Shown: positions 1-36,938, counted from the stretch's first letter. The stretch: DNA of 64,000 bases from Amoebidium appalachense (GCA_963693365.1 CAVNZM010000004.1:3184389-3248388), one strand, 5' to 3'. Program-made: numbers and translations. Notes: generated by a model not told the origin, from the letters alone.

Positions 1-1534
1 TCCACACAGCACTGACTATACTTCTAGCAACGGTGCTAATAGGGTGCCATCAGCTAGCACTAAACTAACACACCATTACCTAGGCTAACTAATTGTACAC
101 ACTTGGCCCAGAATTTTCACCCCTAGCCTCATCGGTGGGCAGCACCAGGCTTCCCCCGCACTCAAAACCTACAACTAAAATTCAAACACGGGCTCTCATT
201 GGCTCGTCTACGGTGGTGAAATGAGTGGCGTGGTGTTGGTGGTGTCTACGGTGGATATGGGTGTATGGTGAGGACTGGCGGCTATAGGGTTGTGGGCCGG
301 CACATGCTATATAACACCTGTGGTACAGCAGTTAAGACTTAGTGTGGGTGAAAATATAATGCTTGCTGACCTCTTAATTCTGAGTGAGGCTTAGCGACGG
401 TTGTGGACGTAGCGCACGTGATGGTGGTGGTGGTGTCGCATGGTACAGTGGTGGTGGTGCCAGCCTGAGACCAGGGTGAATCAAATGAATCCTGAAGATG
501 CGTGCGGTTATGTAGTGTGGTATTGGTGGTAGTGATGGGGTAGATAGTGGTGATGGTGTATATGGTGATGCCGGGATACAGTAGTCGCCATACGACATGT
601 AGTTATGCTCATAGGGTGGTGGTGGTGGTCTGGTGGGTAGCCTAGAGAAGGTTGATTTACGTCCCGGACTGTCCGCTGGATAATCAGATGAGTCGTATTT
701 TTTAAGACAGTCTCGTGCACGGCCATCTAGAGACTCTCTAGATGGCCGTGGTCTCGTGCTATCGTTCAACTGATGGCGGGATATATCCGCCAAGTCGAAC
801 CAGATAATCTGTTCTGTGCATCTAGATCTTTTGCACAAAAGGTATTCGTTGTACCAATAGACAGCTGAAGAAGATTTGTTTATAGCAAACAAAGGTGCTC
901 GGACATGTGTGCGTGGCTGGAGTGTAGGAGAATTCGAAGGCATGGGGAACCGCGTGCGCCGGTAAATAGGTATGATGGTGGTTGCGGTGGTAGCTATGGT
1001 AGTACCGGTGGTAGATATGGTGGTGGTGGTGGTGGTAGGTCTGGGGGGGGGGGGGGGGGGGGGGGGGGGGTGGGGGGCAGGGAGGGGAGGGGAGGGGGGG
1101 GGGGGGGGGGGGGGGGGGTGATGGTGGTGGTGGTCGGGGAGGTTAGCAGGGCAAGCTAAGGAAGACTTGGTGGGGAAGAGGTGCCCGCACCCATACCATG
1201 TGTGTGTCTGTGTGCTTGCGTGCGTGCGCACACGTGCGTGTGCATGTGTGTGTGTGTGTGTGGGGGGGGGGGGGGAGGGGGGAGGGGGAAGAGGAGGAAG
1301 AGGAGGAGGAGGAGAAGGGGTGGGGGTCATGTTTTATACAGTTCACAGTTTTTCCATCATCCTGCTACGCAGTAATGTACATGTGTGTTCTTTATTGCAG
1401 AACAGAAAACATGCACGAAGTTTGAAAAGTTGTAATCTCTTTTTTATCACACAGAATTCATGCATAATTGTTGTAGCGTGTCAAGTCTACATGAACACAA
1501 AAACATTGTCTCATAACCTCACTCTCCAGTCACC

Positions 1535-1571
<37 letters not shown>

Positions 1572-1805
1572 AATACTTTTTTCTCGTACACGCTCTACAG
1601 GAGTTCGTGCATGGGCATTCGTGCATGTGTAAACCGGGTGTGTAAACTTATTCAAAAAATCAGTCTAAATCCCTCAAACATTCGCAAACCAAGTAGTATG
1701 TTGCAGCCCAAAAGGTACTTGCATCCAAGCCCTCAGGCAAAAATAAAAAAAAAGGAAAAAAAAAACATGCAAATAGGGACCAAGACTAGGCTAAGCCCGC
1801 ACTCT

Positions 1806-24841
<23,036 letters not shown>

Positions 24842-25395
24842 GCTTTCTTCCCCTCGCCACACCCAGTACCTTTCACTGTTACGACTGCAAACTGACTATA
24901 AACTACTCATCCAAACAAAACGGGACCCAAGTGCAAGCCTCTGTGTTCTTTCTCTGGCAGTCTCTGACTTACGGCCGCGGATGCGCTGGTGTTGTCAGAT
25001 TAGTCTACCCACAGTATACCCAGGGACTTGAAAATTGATCACAACTTTCCTTATAACATGACGTCACAAACCAGAGTATGGACTTAACGGTATTTCCCCC
25101 AACACTCGAACGTTGAGATACACTTCTTTTCTTTTCAAACCAAAAAGGGTACGCCTGTTCCGAGACTTATACTGTCCTATTTTTACAGCGCTTAAACGCA
25201 CCTGTTGAGACTTGTGGATATAGATAGAAATAAAAAAAAATATACAGAGCTTTGTAGCTGCATTGAGCTGGCTATGAAGCACAGGTTAGGGCCCTATATT
25301 AAACTACATTCTGTAAACACATGTAACATATATCCCATCAGATCTTTCAGCGTGAATTCATCCGGGTCATCTCTCGGACCTCGCGTAGGCATCCT

Positions 25396-26407
25396 TTGGC
25401 GGCTCCTTTGCTGAGTGTTTTTGGTCTCCCTCCGGCGAGTCAGCGTATGAATGAGTTAGGCCTTCGCTTTTTTTTTCATTTGGTTAGGCTTCCTTCTTAT
25501 CATCCTTTATTGCAGCTCTTTCCTTCTTTAGACCCTGTTCCCATTTCTAATGTTCGTGCGAAATGTCCTGTACCCAATCTATCTCCCATTCAGATATATC
25601 CTTTTAAATATTTGTCTCCTTTATTTTTCTATTCCCCTATTTATCAGCAGTATGTTACTTGGTTTCATACTCAATATCCTTTGCTTCATCGTTGTGATAA
25701 AGAGTATCATGGTAAGACTCTTGAGCCTGTGCTTCTTTTTATATTAGAGACTCGTCTATTTTCTCTACAATGGTTATGTAAATTAGCTACTTATATTCAT
25801 CCTTCCTCTCGTAAACCTACCACACTTGCCGATTTTGCAATTCTAACCCCTTCTTGTGATATTGCTTGAAAATGTTTATTTTGGCGTTGTAACCTTAGTT
25901 TCCATAAATGTTTGTGTCACTTTTGTGCAGAACCTTTGCAAACCTTTTTCTCGCAAACATCTAGATAAATGTATTTATTTATCTCAGATTCTTCCGTTAG
26001 AAATTCGAAGACTAGCTTATTTAGATAATCCTGATATTACTTCTATTGACTATCTGTTAAACCACCGTATGTTTAACGAGTTTTCTAGGGTGTATGCTTA
26101 TTTTTGTTTTTTTTTTTGTTTTTTTTTTTTGTTTTTTTTAATGATTATTTGAATCGTTATCTCCTTCGTATCTGTGAGTAGGGGTTTTTGTATTTTTCTT
26201 CTCTGAGATATCTGTGGGGTTTACGCTGTTTACTCGAGGCAAAGAGAACCAGTCTCAGGTATGGGGGGGGTTTTGCTCGGAATATCCCCTCAGCGGTATA
26301 TCATGATCACGTACATAGATGTCGGGTGGTGACTATATATCAGGGTTTACTTTCTCTACGAGACACCATAAAGACTACAAGGAGAAATCAATTAGTTGGG
26401 GTTCCCC

Positions 26408-26473
<66 letters not shown>

Positions 26474-26527
26474 TAATTTTAATTTTTTTTTAAAGGGGCT
26501 TCCCTCGGGACACTCGGTATCAGCTGG

Positions 26528-26588
<61 letters not shown>

Positions 26589-26955
26589 TGTGTGTGTGTG
26601 CGCTATAATTTTGTAGTGATGTGTTTCTCAAGCCAATCAATACATCTAATAAACAGGTCGTAGTTACGCGTGTTTAGTATAAAATCAAGGATGTTGTAAT
26701 TTACAGGTAGGCTATCTTTCTGGGTGTCTGTTGTGAATGTGACGTGTGTGTGTTGCGGTATTATGTGGTCTATCAAACTACATTTGGCGATACATGACCG
26801 GTTAAACTGGTGTGTGTGTGTGTTGTTTGGGCATGCAAATGATGCCACCTTATACTTATTAGATCTCCACTGTATAGCACGTGTACAGTAAAAGCGTGGG
26901 ATATCTGCGGATTGCTTCTCTTTTCATGAGCATATCAATAAAGTCATTAAAAAAA
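25396..26955 (+). mobile_element. Decayed non-LTR retrotransposon (LINE) ORF C-terminus and 3' UTR, interrupted by a ~680-bp insertion
   Basis: AT-rich ORF 25396-25869 continues through an in-frame TGA into KCLFWRCNLSFHKCLCHFCAEP, then after a 10-bp duplication into FSRKHLDKC...SIDYLLNHR (CCHC-type zinc knuckle). The 3' UTR resumes at ~26900 and ends AATAAA...A-run. A second copy of the 3' end lies at 6504-6714. Confidence 0.7.
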
Positions 26956-27418
26956 TATCTTTTTGACAAATTGCAGACTGGTGGGTATGAGGAGAATCCA
27001 TTGGTGCAGGAAGAGGCCCGTACCGGATCCGGAAAGCGTTGCAGAAGCGTTACAGTAGCATCTCTTACTATAACATGCTTATAAACTGGACGCCAATGAC
27101 TGAAATAGAACACGAGTTTATAGTTTTAAACGACATACAGTACGGTTTATTGCCTCCGCTCACGTGCACCACCTGCCCATGCCACATCTTAGACTCAATG
27201 GAAATGTGGCCATGATCTTGGATATCTCCATGGCCACGCAGTAAACTCAAGCAGTCACGAAGATGACTGTGACAGTCGGTGTTTTGGTGCATGCACACTA
27301 CGACCTGGGGTCCAGGGCTCATTCTGGTGTGATAACAGCGAGTTTCTTGTATCGACCCAGCGTGCATTGTTTGGGATGTGACTATTTGAGTTCGGATTTT
27401 TGTGGCCGGCCCGTGGTG

Positions 27419-27592
<174 letters not shown>

Positions 27593-28255
27593 TGTTTGTG
27601 TGTGTGCACCCGGTGGTGTGTGCACGCATGCGCGTGTGAGCATCTGTGCGTGTGCGTGCACGTCACGGTGTGTGTACATGTCTGTGTCCATGTGTCAGTG
27701 TCTGTGTGAACTAAAAAGTGTGCGTGTTTGTGTGTGTGGGTGGGTGTGTGTGTGGGTGTGTGTGTTTGTGTTTCACGGTGTGTGCGCGCATCGCGTGTGT
27801 GCGTGGGTGTGTGTGTGTCTGTATGTGCGTCACAGTGTGTCTACATGCCACAGTGTGATACCATAATGACTACGTGTGCTGTGAGCGCGTGTGTGCCACC
27901 TTCTCTTTTCTGCGTTTTTCTTTCTTCTTTCTTTTTCTTTCTTTTTTGTCTTTTCTTTTTCTTTTTCTTTTTTTTTTCTTTCTTTTTTTCTTTTTTCAGG
28001 GGGGGGGGGGAAAGAAAGGAGGGAGGGGGTGGGATGAAGGGGAGGGGGGAGCTCGAGGGGGGTGGGTGGTTGTTTGGGGGGGGGTGGGGGAGGGGGCTTT
28101 GAAGATAGCTAATACCGAGTGTACTGCCGCAGTTAATTATAAGAGATCATGAAATTGTGCATTTTATCATAGGTGAGAAGGATTTGAGTTTGGTGCTGGA
28201 AAGGAGTGGACAGTGACCTGCTCCTGGGGTTGGTTTGTTTTAAGGGAGGAACGGG

Positions 28256-28292
<37 letters not shown>

Positions 28293-28582
28293 GTGGGGGG
28301 GACGGGGAGGGGGGGAGGGGGGGGGGGGGGGGGATGTTGAACTTGAAGACAGTAAGGATATGAATTGTGTTTTCCCCTTCAGGGTGCCATTTATTTTTGG
28401 CTTCATTTTCGGGCCACAGGCCACTTCATTGCCAATATACAACAAAAATGTCGCATCCCCAGCACAGTATACCTACACATCACTTGCACCATACCAAATC
28501 CAACTTAAGAGAAAAATTGTATGTACAAGCAAAGCCCACACATGGGAGGCATGGGTGCAACCATAATATGCATGGTGCGAAT

Positions 28583-31508
28583 TCAGTAGACCTGGCCGGA
28601 GGGGAGGTTCACGGATGCAGGCGTAGCCTCCTGGGTAGAGAGGGGCCCGACGGACGCGGGTGTGGCCTGCTTTTGAGTGGAGAGGGGGATGACGGACGCG
28701 GGAGTGGCCTCTTTCTGTGTGGAAGCAGGGGTGACAGATGCGGGGGTGGCTTCTTTCTTGGTGCTGGTGGCAAGTGGGATCACGGATGCGGGTGTGGCCT
28801 TCTTTTGAGTGGAGAGGGGAATCACGGATGCGGGTGTGGGGCTGACCTTCTTGGCACCAGGGGGGAGATAGGCTGTAGGTAAAACAGTGGTTACTGAGAT
28901 GGTGACATATGGTGCAGCCGACGCATAGGGAGCGGACTTTTTGCAAGCTTTTGGGGCGGGTGAAGGGAATGTGAGCGCGCATCTGTATGGGGAGGAGAAA
29001 GGTTTTTTTTTTTTTTTTTCGGGGGGGGGGGGGGATGCTCTGGGCATGAATAGGTTTTAAATTACAAGAGGAACAGAACAAGGGTCCGCTTTTTTTTTTT
29101 TTTTTTTTTTTGGGGGGGGGGGGGGGGTAGGGAGTTGGTGGAAGAGAGGGAGGGGGGAGGGGGGGGGGATTAGCAGGGCATTTACTTTTGCTGAAGACGG
29201 TGGCAAAAGTGGTGGACTGGGGCCCAAGAACATTCTCGGTTACGGTCACAGTCGAGGGCTTGGCCGTCTGTGTGTAGGTCTTCTTATGTGTCTCTGTGGT
29301 GGTAGAGTGTGTGAATTGGATGGGTGATAATGAAAAATACTAATGCTTGTTTTGTTCTTACCCTACCTAATCAGGGTTAAAAATGAGGGATGGCTGGAAC
29401 ACGTGTGATTAAACTGGCAGCAGAAACACACAAGCAAGATCTATAGTACTGTAAAACTTTGGGCGCTTTTTTACACGAACATGATAACCGTATGATGCAG
29501 GTAGTGAGGTCGGGGGGTTGCGGGGAAAGAGGGGTGGGGTAGTGGGTAGGGTGGTTGGGGGGGTGGGGATGGAGGGGAGAAAGGAGGGGGTGGGGTGAGA
29601 TGGGTTATGGGGTAGGGCGGGCGGGGGGGATGAGGGAGGGATGTCATACTTGCGTGCAGAGTGGTGAAAGTCTGAGGGGCCAGGGTGTTGGTGACGGTGG
29701 CCACCGACATGACCGTCTCGGGCTGTGCATAGCTGGTCTCGTATACGGTCGAATACACTGCAGAAAAAAGGGGGGGGGGGTTCCCGGGTGTTATTACCAG
29801 GGTAATTTGCAGAAAGTAAAAATGTATGCGCATAGGCAGAATATTTGTTTTTAACCTAGCAACACGTGTGCAGTGAAACGGTTTTACACTGGGCTTTTCA
29901 GCAGTTGAGTGGACTAAATGACGGGGGGGGGGGGGGGGTTGTGGGTTGTGGGGAGTGGGTGGGTGGGTGGGGGGGGCTAGGATATACCAGTGGGGGTCTC
30001 AACGACAGTCTGAGGGGTAGCAGTTATTGTGAGGACGGTGGTGGCCACGGACTGCACGGTCTGGGTCTTTGTGTACTTCTTGGCTGGCAGGGTGGACGTG
30101 CTGAATACATTCTGCGTGGCTGCAAGTGCATGGGCGAGGAGGGGGGGTTGTCCAGGGGTAGGGGGGAGGGGGGGGGTTAATTTTTGAAAAAAAATAACAG
30201 TGAAAGCATGCCTTAGGCGAGCTTAAGGGGCTGCTAAGGGGATATAAAGAGGGGAGGCTGCAGGGTTCTAAAGAGTGAAGGTAAAGGATCGTGAGCAACA
30301 CTTCTCGAAAGGATCGGGTATATGTGGGGACGGAGGAAGGGTGGGTAAAAGCGCAAAAGCATCAGGGAAAAATGAGAGAAATGTTACTCTAGGCTAGCAA
30401 TACTTATCCCGGAGTAAACTTGGCAGAGATGTGAAAACCGCTGCAAAGCTCGAGATGATATTTGTCGTGCCCGAATCCATCTGAAACAAAAGTGAACACG
30501 AGATTTTTAATTTTTTAATTTTTAATTTTTTGAAAAAAAATGGGAGGGTTGGGTGGGGTGCAGTGGGGGGGGGGGGGGGGGGGGGGGGTCGTACAGAAGA
30601 CCGTGTAGGGGATGGTGACGGGAGAGGGGGTGACGTATTCGGTGATGGTGTTGACCTGCCACTCGGTGATGGTCTGGGGGGAAGCAGTGCTCTGGACCGT
30701 CTTAGTCTCTGCGGAAATAAGTGGTAAGATTCGGCATTTATCGAGAACGGGAGAGAGTGTGTGCTATGCCGCTAACCTCAAGTACGTACCTGTGTGTGTA
30801 TGTGTGTGTGTGCCAACATCTGCACAGGTGTGTTTGTGTATTCGCGTGCAAATTCAAAAAAGGAAGGAGTCAGGAGAAACTTTTTTTGAGAGTTTGCATC
30901 ATGATGATGTGTTGTGGTGGGTAGTGGCCCAGAAACGGCGTTTGAGAGATGGTGAGTCGCACATACCAACAGCATAGTTGGTGACGGTCTTGGGCTTAGC
31001 TGTGGCCGTAACGGTCTCTGCGGAAGGAATACCGTATCAGCCACAAAATTACAAGATATCTAAAGACCATAAAAAGAAGGACCTGAGTCAGACTGCACTG
31101 CCGCACACACCAATGGTTGGTAAACAATGCCACAAAAGTGTACGCTGATCAGCCGCAGTCATGATGTAAAGCATGCAGATGTGTGCCAACTACCGTATGC
31201 AGGTAAACAGCTATAGTAGCTACATACCAGTAACACTGGCAAACAGCCCCCAGCTTCACAATTTCATTCCAGTTGAAAGCGTGTTGACTTGAGTCTCTCG
31301 CCCCGTACTCCCCCGACTTGCACAAAACCAAGCACTTACTTGTTGAAGTACGCTCGACGGTGACGTGAGACGTGAACGGCACCACCGACATGACCGATGC
31401 GGGGCTCGGCCGCTGCATGCCCTTGTTGTAAGCCGGGATGGCTGAAACCAGCAGCCCGGGGCAGGACGCAAGAAGCGCCAAGACGGTAGCGAGCGAAGAA
31501 GCAGCCAT
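28583..31508 (-). CDS. Secreted Thr/Val/Pro-rich protein A (mucin- or cell-wall-like), 7 exons, ~348 aa
   Basis: Signal-peptide-like start MAASSLATVLALLASCPGLLVSA. Exons 31340-31508, 30967-31017, 30595-30708, 29988-30119, 29650-29757, 29186-29293, 28583-28947. All introns are GT-AG phase 1 (the last acceptor is AAG and less certain). Contains KTVTATAKPKTVT-type segments. TATA box upstream. Confidence 0.85.
28600..28840 (-). repeat. Coding tandem repeat, ~42 bp / 14 aa x6 (ATPASVIPLSTQKE-like)
   Basis: TPASVIPLSTQKKA / TPASVIPLATSTKKEA / TPASVTPASTQKEA / TPASVIPLSTQKQA / TPASVGPLSTQEA / TPASVNL in the last exon. Confidence 0.9.
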
Positions 31509-31614
31509 TGTGTTCGTGAAAGAGAAAACGAAAAGACTTAGAAAATTGAAGGTATGACTGCACTTCACTCGGGTTAGCTACCGACTGTGTGATGTGCTTT
31601 CAGCCTGACCGTGG

Positions 31615-31622
31615 CTTTTATA
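31615..31622 (-). promoter_or_regulatory. TATA box (TATAAAAG) of Thr-rich gene A
   Basis: Consensus TATAAAAG ~107 bp upstream of the ATG, mirrored by the same motif upstream of gene B. Confidence 0.6.
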
Positions 31623-32094
31623 CCTGCAAGCAAGACGAGAAAATCACGTAAAAAAAAAAAACTATAATCCCATGCATGGTGTTTCAGGGGAAACCTTTCG
31701 CCTGCCCTGTCACTCACGTGTTCGGGTTTCTGGCACACAGTTTATCCCGTCCCAGCAATAGTGCCTGACATTTGCATGTACTTGCACGTGATATTCACAG
31801 TTGTTTCCCATCCCCGTACAGCCGCAGCGGCATGCGTTTCAGGGGTCAGCCTTGGAGGCTCCACAGCCAGCCCAGTGTACGTGTACTCTGTCTCATGGGA
31901 AATATGGGGCTGGCCGTCTGCGTTAGTTGATCAATCCTGCACAAGTCTGAAGCTCTTAGCATATTGGAGAAAGGAAAAAGTGAATGGTAAGGAGTAGTTG
32001 GGTGGATGTTGAGTTGTGAATGCAGTGCCACGGTGCATGTGGGGCGGCGGGATGGTCCCCAGAGAAGGGGCGGGAAGAGGGAGGCTCGGCACGG

Positions 32095-32128
<34 letters not shown>

Positions 32129-32560
32129 CTACGTGTACACTGTGCCATTTGACCTATATATGTATACGTATACACTGTACCGTTTAATAGCATAGCATGC
32201 ACATTGCACAGAAGGGGAAACCAGACCGCGTTGCCAAGCGCCATGTGTGCACCGCTTTCATATCGCCATCTGGATGCACGTCGGACTGCTTCTGACTATT
32301 TTCCCGTACCTGCCTTACTTGGTGTCAAAATAATCAGCTTGATTGGCAAACAAAGAAGCATTCGATCGCCAGGAACGCGAAATCGTCACTTTAACTCCAT
32401 ATCATTGGTGGTCGCTCTCTGCCCCAAGATCTAGCCCTGGGCTCCCTGTGCCCCAACGAACCCTTTCATTCCCACACATGAATTTTCATGCGAAACTTCC
32501 ACATGTACATACTGACACCTACCCCACGAAAACATCACACCTTCACCTAGGCCAAGCGAC

Positions 32561-32568
32561 TATAAAAG
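32561..32568 (+). promoter_or_regulatory. TATA box (TATAAAAG) of Thr-rich gene B
   Basis: Consensus TATAAAAG ~100 bp upstream of the ATG at 32668 (context ccaccATG). Confidence 0.6.
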
Positions 32569-32667
32569 CGGTCACAACCATCAGAAAAGCACACAGCAAC
32601 GCATCCCGTTGAAGAATTGCACAGACATTTTTCCCGCTTGTTTTTTCCTTGTCTTTTATCCACCACC

Positions 32668-33453
32668 ATGATGTTCCACGTTGTTGTCTGTGCCGCCTTC
32701 CTTGGGGCCGCGTTTGCTGTACCGCAGCCTGGCAGCGGCAAGAAGGCGGGGCCTGCAAGTGTTTACTCCGTGCCTAGGCCCACGGTCTATGTGACCCACG
32801 TCCAGTATGGTAGGTGACCCGCATATTATGCATGTTTGTATATTGTGCACACACAGCTGCCTTTGCCGCCCATGATCATTCACGGTGTCTACATAGATGT
32901 TATAATATCTGAAAAGCGCGGTTTTGTTATGATGCAGGGGCACGGCCGCAGGCCTAAGAGCAGCCACTGAAAGTATGTTACGCAGGTAGGCGTAGATAAG
33001 CATGGAATATGGATGGTGAGGTGTAAGCTACGGGTGTTTTTTGTTTCACATATGGTATGTGTTACTCGTGGTCACTGATGGTACATTCAACCCCACAGCC
33101 AAGAAAACAAAGACTGAGACGGCTGCAGCCATTCCCTTCACCGTCATGTCCACAAACATCGGTAAGCCATGGCCTCCCCTGAGTGTGCACAAAGAGGGAA
33201 TGCAAAACAAAGAAAAGAAAAGAAACGAAAATAAAAAATAGAAAAAAAGAAAAACGCTTCAGTCTATAGTGTTCGAAACCATAAGTTAACTTTGAATATA
33301 TGTGTAATAGCGAACACGCCCCTTTCCCCCCCCCCCCCCCTCCCCACCCTGTTGATTATGTGTAATATCGAAAACCCCCCCCCCCCCCCTTGTTGAATGT
33401 GTAATCACCCCCCTCCCCTCTCCCCTCCCAAAAAGCTACATTGTAACAAAGAA

Positions 33454-33484
<31 letters not shown>

Positions 33485-33495
33485 ACCTCCTCCCA

Positions 33496-33527
<32 letters not shown>

Positions 33528-35088
33528 GAAAAAAGAAGAAGAAGAAGAAAGAAAAAGAAAAGAAAAAAAGGAAAAAGAGAAGGAAGGAAGAAAGAAAAAG
33601 AAAGAAAAAGAAAGAAAAGAAAAAAGCTTCATGTCTCTAAAGCTCGAAACTATGAATTACTATAATTCATTCGTAATAGCGAGATTCTCTCTTCTCCCCC
33701 TCCCTCTCCCCTCCCAAAATGTCTACAAGGCAATAAAAAGATCCCCCCCCCCCCCCCCCGAAAAAAATTAAAAATTAAAAATTAAAAGTAAAAGAAAGCA
33801 AACATGCAGAAAACATCACTGAAACGAATCTGATAATTCGGAAACACAGAATTATTTGATAATGCAAACCCGTTAAAAGAAATATCCCTGTTACGGTATA
33901 CACAGCCTTACTCACACCATCACGTTGCAGTGTACCAGACTCAAACCGTGCAGCCTAAGCCCAAGACGGTCACCAGCCAGATGGCCTACACGGCCACAGT
34001 CCCGGCCAAGCCAAAGAGCGTCACCCAGACCATCCAGCTGACAGGTGCGTGTGTGCAAAAGAGCATACACGTGAGAATAATGGGTGTGGGTGGTTACGTA
34101 AGCCCGTTGGGGGATGAAGGGGTGGTTTTTTTTTTGTTTTTGTTTTTTTGGTGGTGGTGGTGGTGGGGGGAGGGGGGGGGGGGGATCGGGAAGATCATTG
34201 GTGAATCAGCGTATCAAGCAGAAGTCGCAACTTGAAGTGGTTTGATATACAGTTTGGTAATAGATGTGGCGAGCTTTAGTGCACACGCACTCAATCAACA
34301 CGCACGCACGCACACACGCACACAGCCACGAGCACACAGGTAGTATACGAGACTCCAGCCCCCCAGACATCCGTGTCCGTGCAGACTGTACCCTCCCTCG
34401 TCACCGAATACTCCACGGTTGTCCCCAAGGCCGTCACCACTCAGGGTCTACCTTTCACTCGTATTTGCCCCTTTCCCCCCCTCCCCCCCCTCCCCCCGTG
34501 CCCCTCCTTTTTTTTTTCCTTGCCTCCCTCCTCACATTTGATAAGAAATATACACACATACACCCCTCTCCAACCATCAACCCTAATCCATACCTCAAAA
34601 CGTTACCCCCTACCCCCCCCCCCCCCCCCCCCCCTCCCCCTCCCCCCGCCCTCCCCCCCCTCGCCCCCGATGGAAAACCATCACACAAAAACTAAACCCG
34701 GAAGCTTTTCATTCACTAGATGTTTGATTGCACTCCATTCATGCACATTGATCCCCTCTCTCCCCCGCCCTTCCCTTCCACATGTATACACCCCGCAACT
34801 CCCCCCAAAACACTTTCATGCCATAAATTCCTCTTGCCCCCGTCCACGAAGTTTCCTCCCTCCCCTCACATGCCACATCCCCCCCCCCCCCCCCCCTCCC
34901 CCTCCGGGGGCCCCGCTCCACCCAACGCCACCCCACCCCCCTCCGAGATTCTAACATGTATAACTGTAGAGTTTTCCACCAAGAGCATCACTGCGGCTGC
35001 CGTCCCAGTGACCAAAACCAAAACCGAGACAGCAACAAAGAAGGCTGCCCCCGTCACACTTACCGAATACAGGACTGGTATTAGCTCC

Positions 35089-35126
<38 letters not shown>

Positions 35127-35896
35127 GCTGCCGAGGGCCCCTGCGAGAAACGATCAGTCCTGACTGTACTGTGGCGAGTTCTTCTAGTCTTTTCTTTCTT
35201 TCCTTCCCCCCCCCCCCCCCTCCCAAATTCCTACGGTAGTTGAAGTGGCCGAAGAAAAGTAAAGAACACAGGTTGCTTTTTCCACTCCTCACCCAAAAAA
35301 TCCCTAACCCCCCCTCCTCTTCCACGTCCTTCCCCCCCCACACGCACACCCACACACACATACCCACCCACACCGATTCACCCACCCCCACTCACCCATC
35401 CCTCCCCCTCTCCCCCCTTCCCCTCCCCCCCCCCCCCCCCCCCCCGGTCCCCCCCAAACACACACAAGCACACACAACCACCCACCCATCTATACCCACA
35501 CCCCCCACCCCCCTCCCCCCCCCTCCCCACCACCACACACACCCACACCCACTCACCAACCCCTTCCCCCCCCACAGCCACAGCCCTTTCCACGGTGTCC
35601 ATCGAGGCCATCCCCAGCACAGCCACGGTGTTCAGCACCTCTGTGCCTGCCCCCCTGACCCTGACCCAGACTCAGACCGTACTGGCCAAGTTGGTGCCCC
35701 AATACGTCACAGTCACAGAGCAGGGCCAGCCTCAGACTGTCTACTCCACGGTTATGGGTGTGCCCTCCCCCCCCCCCCCCCAAAAAAAAAAAAAAAAAAA
35801 AAATGAAGAAAGAAAAAAGAAAAAGAAAAAAAAGGGGGGCGGGGGGGAAAGGGAGTATGACTTGAAACCCCGAGAATAAAATCACCACTATCCCCC

Positions 35897-35927
<31 letters not shown>

Positions 35928-36378
35928 AAAATTGCCTGCCTTCCTTATTATGTTATAACCCCATATCAACCGCTTACCAAACCACATCTCACTCCTTCTC
36001 TAGTCCTTCTTTATCAAATACTCTCCTTTATACTACTTTACCCTACCCCCTCCCCACCCGGCGTGTCGCCCCCCTACCTTCCAAATTCTGCAACTAAAGA
36101 AAGCCTCCGTTATCCATGTGGCCCAACTATTAACACCTAATATACATACAGAGACCCAGACGATTCAGGCCGTCCCCCTCACCAGCACCTACTACCAGGA
36201 GCGCATCCGCACTGAAACAGGTACAACCCCTCCCCCCCCCCCCCCCCCCTTTCTCCTCCCCCCCCCTCCCCCCCCCCCCCCTCCCCTCGCAGAGCATACG
36301 ATTCCCCTAAATTAGAACACACACACACACACACACACACACTTCCCGTCCGTAGAGCATACGATTTCCCTAGATTAG

Positions 36379-36427
<49 letters not shown>

Positions 36428-36938
36428 CCCGTCCGTCTCTATGTTTGCAAATCTCAAAATGTGCGGGGTCTACCTTTTCTTTCCTTTCCACATGTCAGAC
36501 AAGAACTTGCACCGTCCTCTTATGCACCGACCCCGACCTTCCCCCCCCCCCCCCCCCCCCCTTCCCCCCGTCCCCCTTTCCCCACGAGATAATACTGGCA
36601 CGCAAACAGAAAGCTCCTCAATATTCCTGTTCCATTCATTAAGCTGCTTCGGTCCCTCTTTTTTCTCTTCCCCCCCCCCCCCCCCCCCCAAAAAAAAAAA
36701 AAAAAAAAAAAGCGACATACAATACACCACCATTCACCCCCCCCCCCCCCTCCCCTTCACCCCACCCCCCCTTCCTGCAGTCACGGTGACATCCACTACG
36801 ACTGTTGCCACCAAGAAGCCAGTTGTTATCACCCTGACCGTCGGCAAGGGCAAATACGTCACCACCACCAAACCCACCCCCATCCCCACCATCACCCCCA
36901 CCACCAAGGCGGTGTCCCCAGCCAGCACCACCAAGTAA
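32668..36938 (+). CDS. Secreted Thr/Val/Pro-rich protein B, probable paralogue of A, 8 exons, ~317 aa
   Basis: Signal-peptide-like start MMFHVVVCAAFLGAAFA. Exons 32668-32809, 33099-33161, 33931-34044, 34326-34445, 34970-35077, 35578-35757, 36152-36220, 36781-36938. All introns are GT-AG phase 1. Shares PASV(Y/M)SV and KPKTVT motifs with A. Confidence 0.88.
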
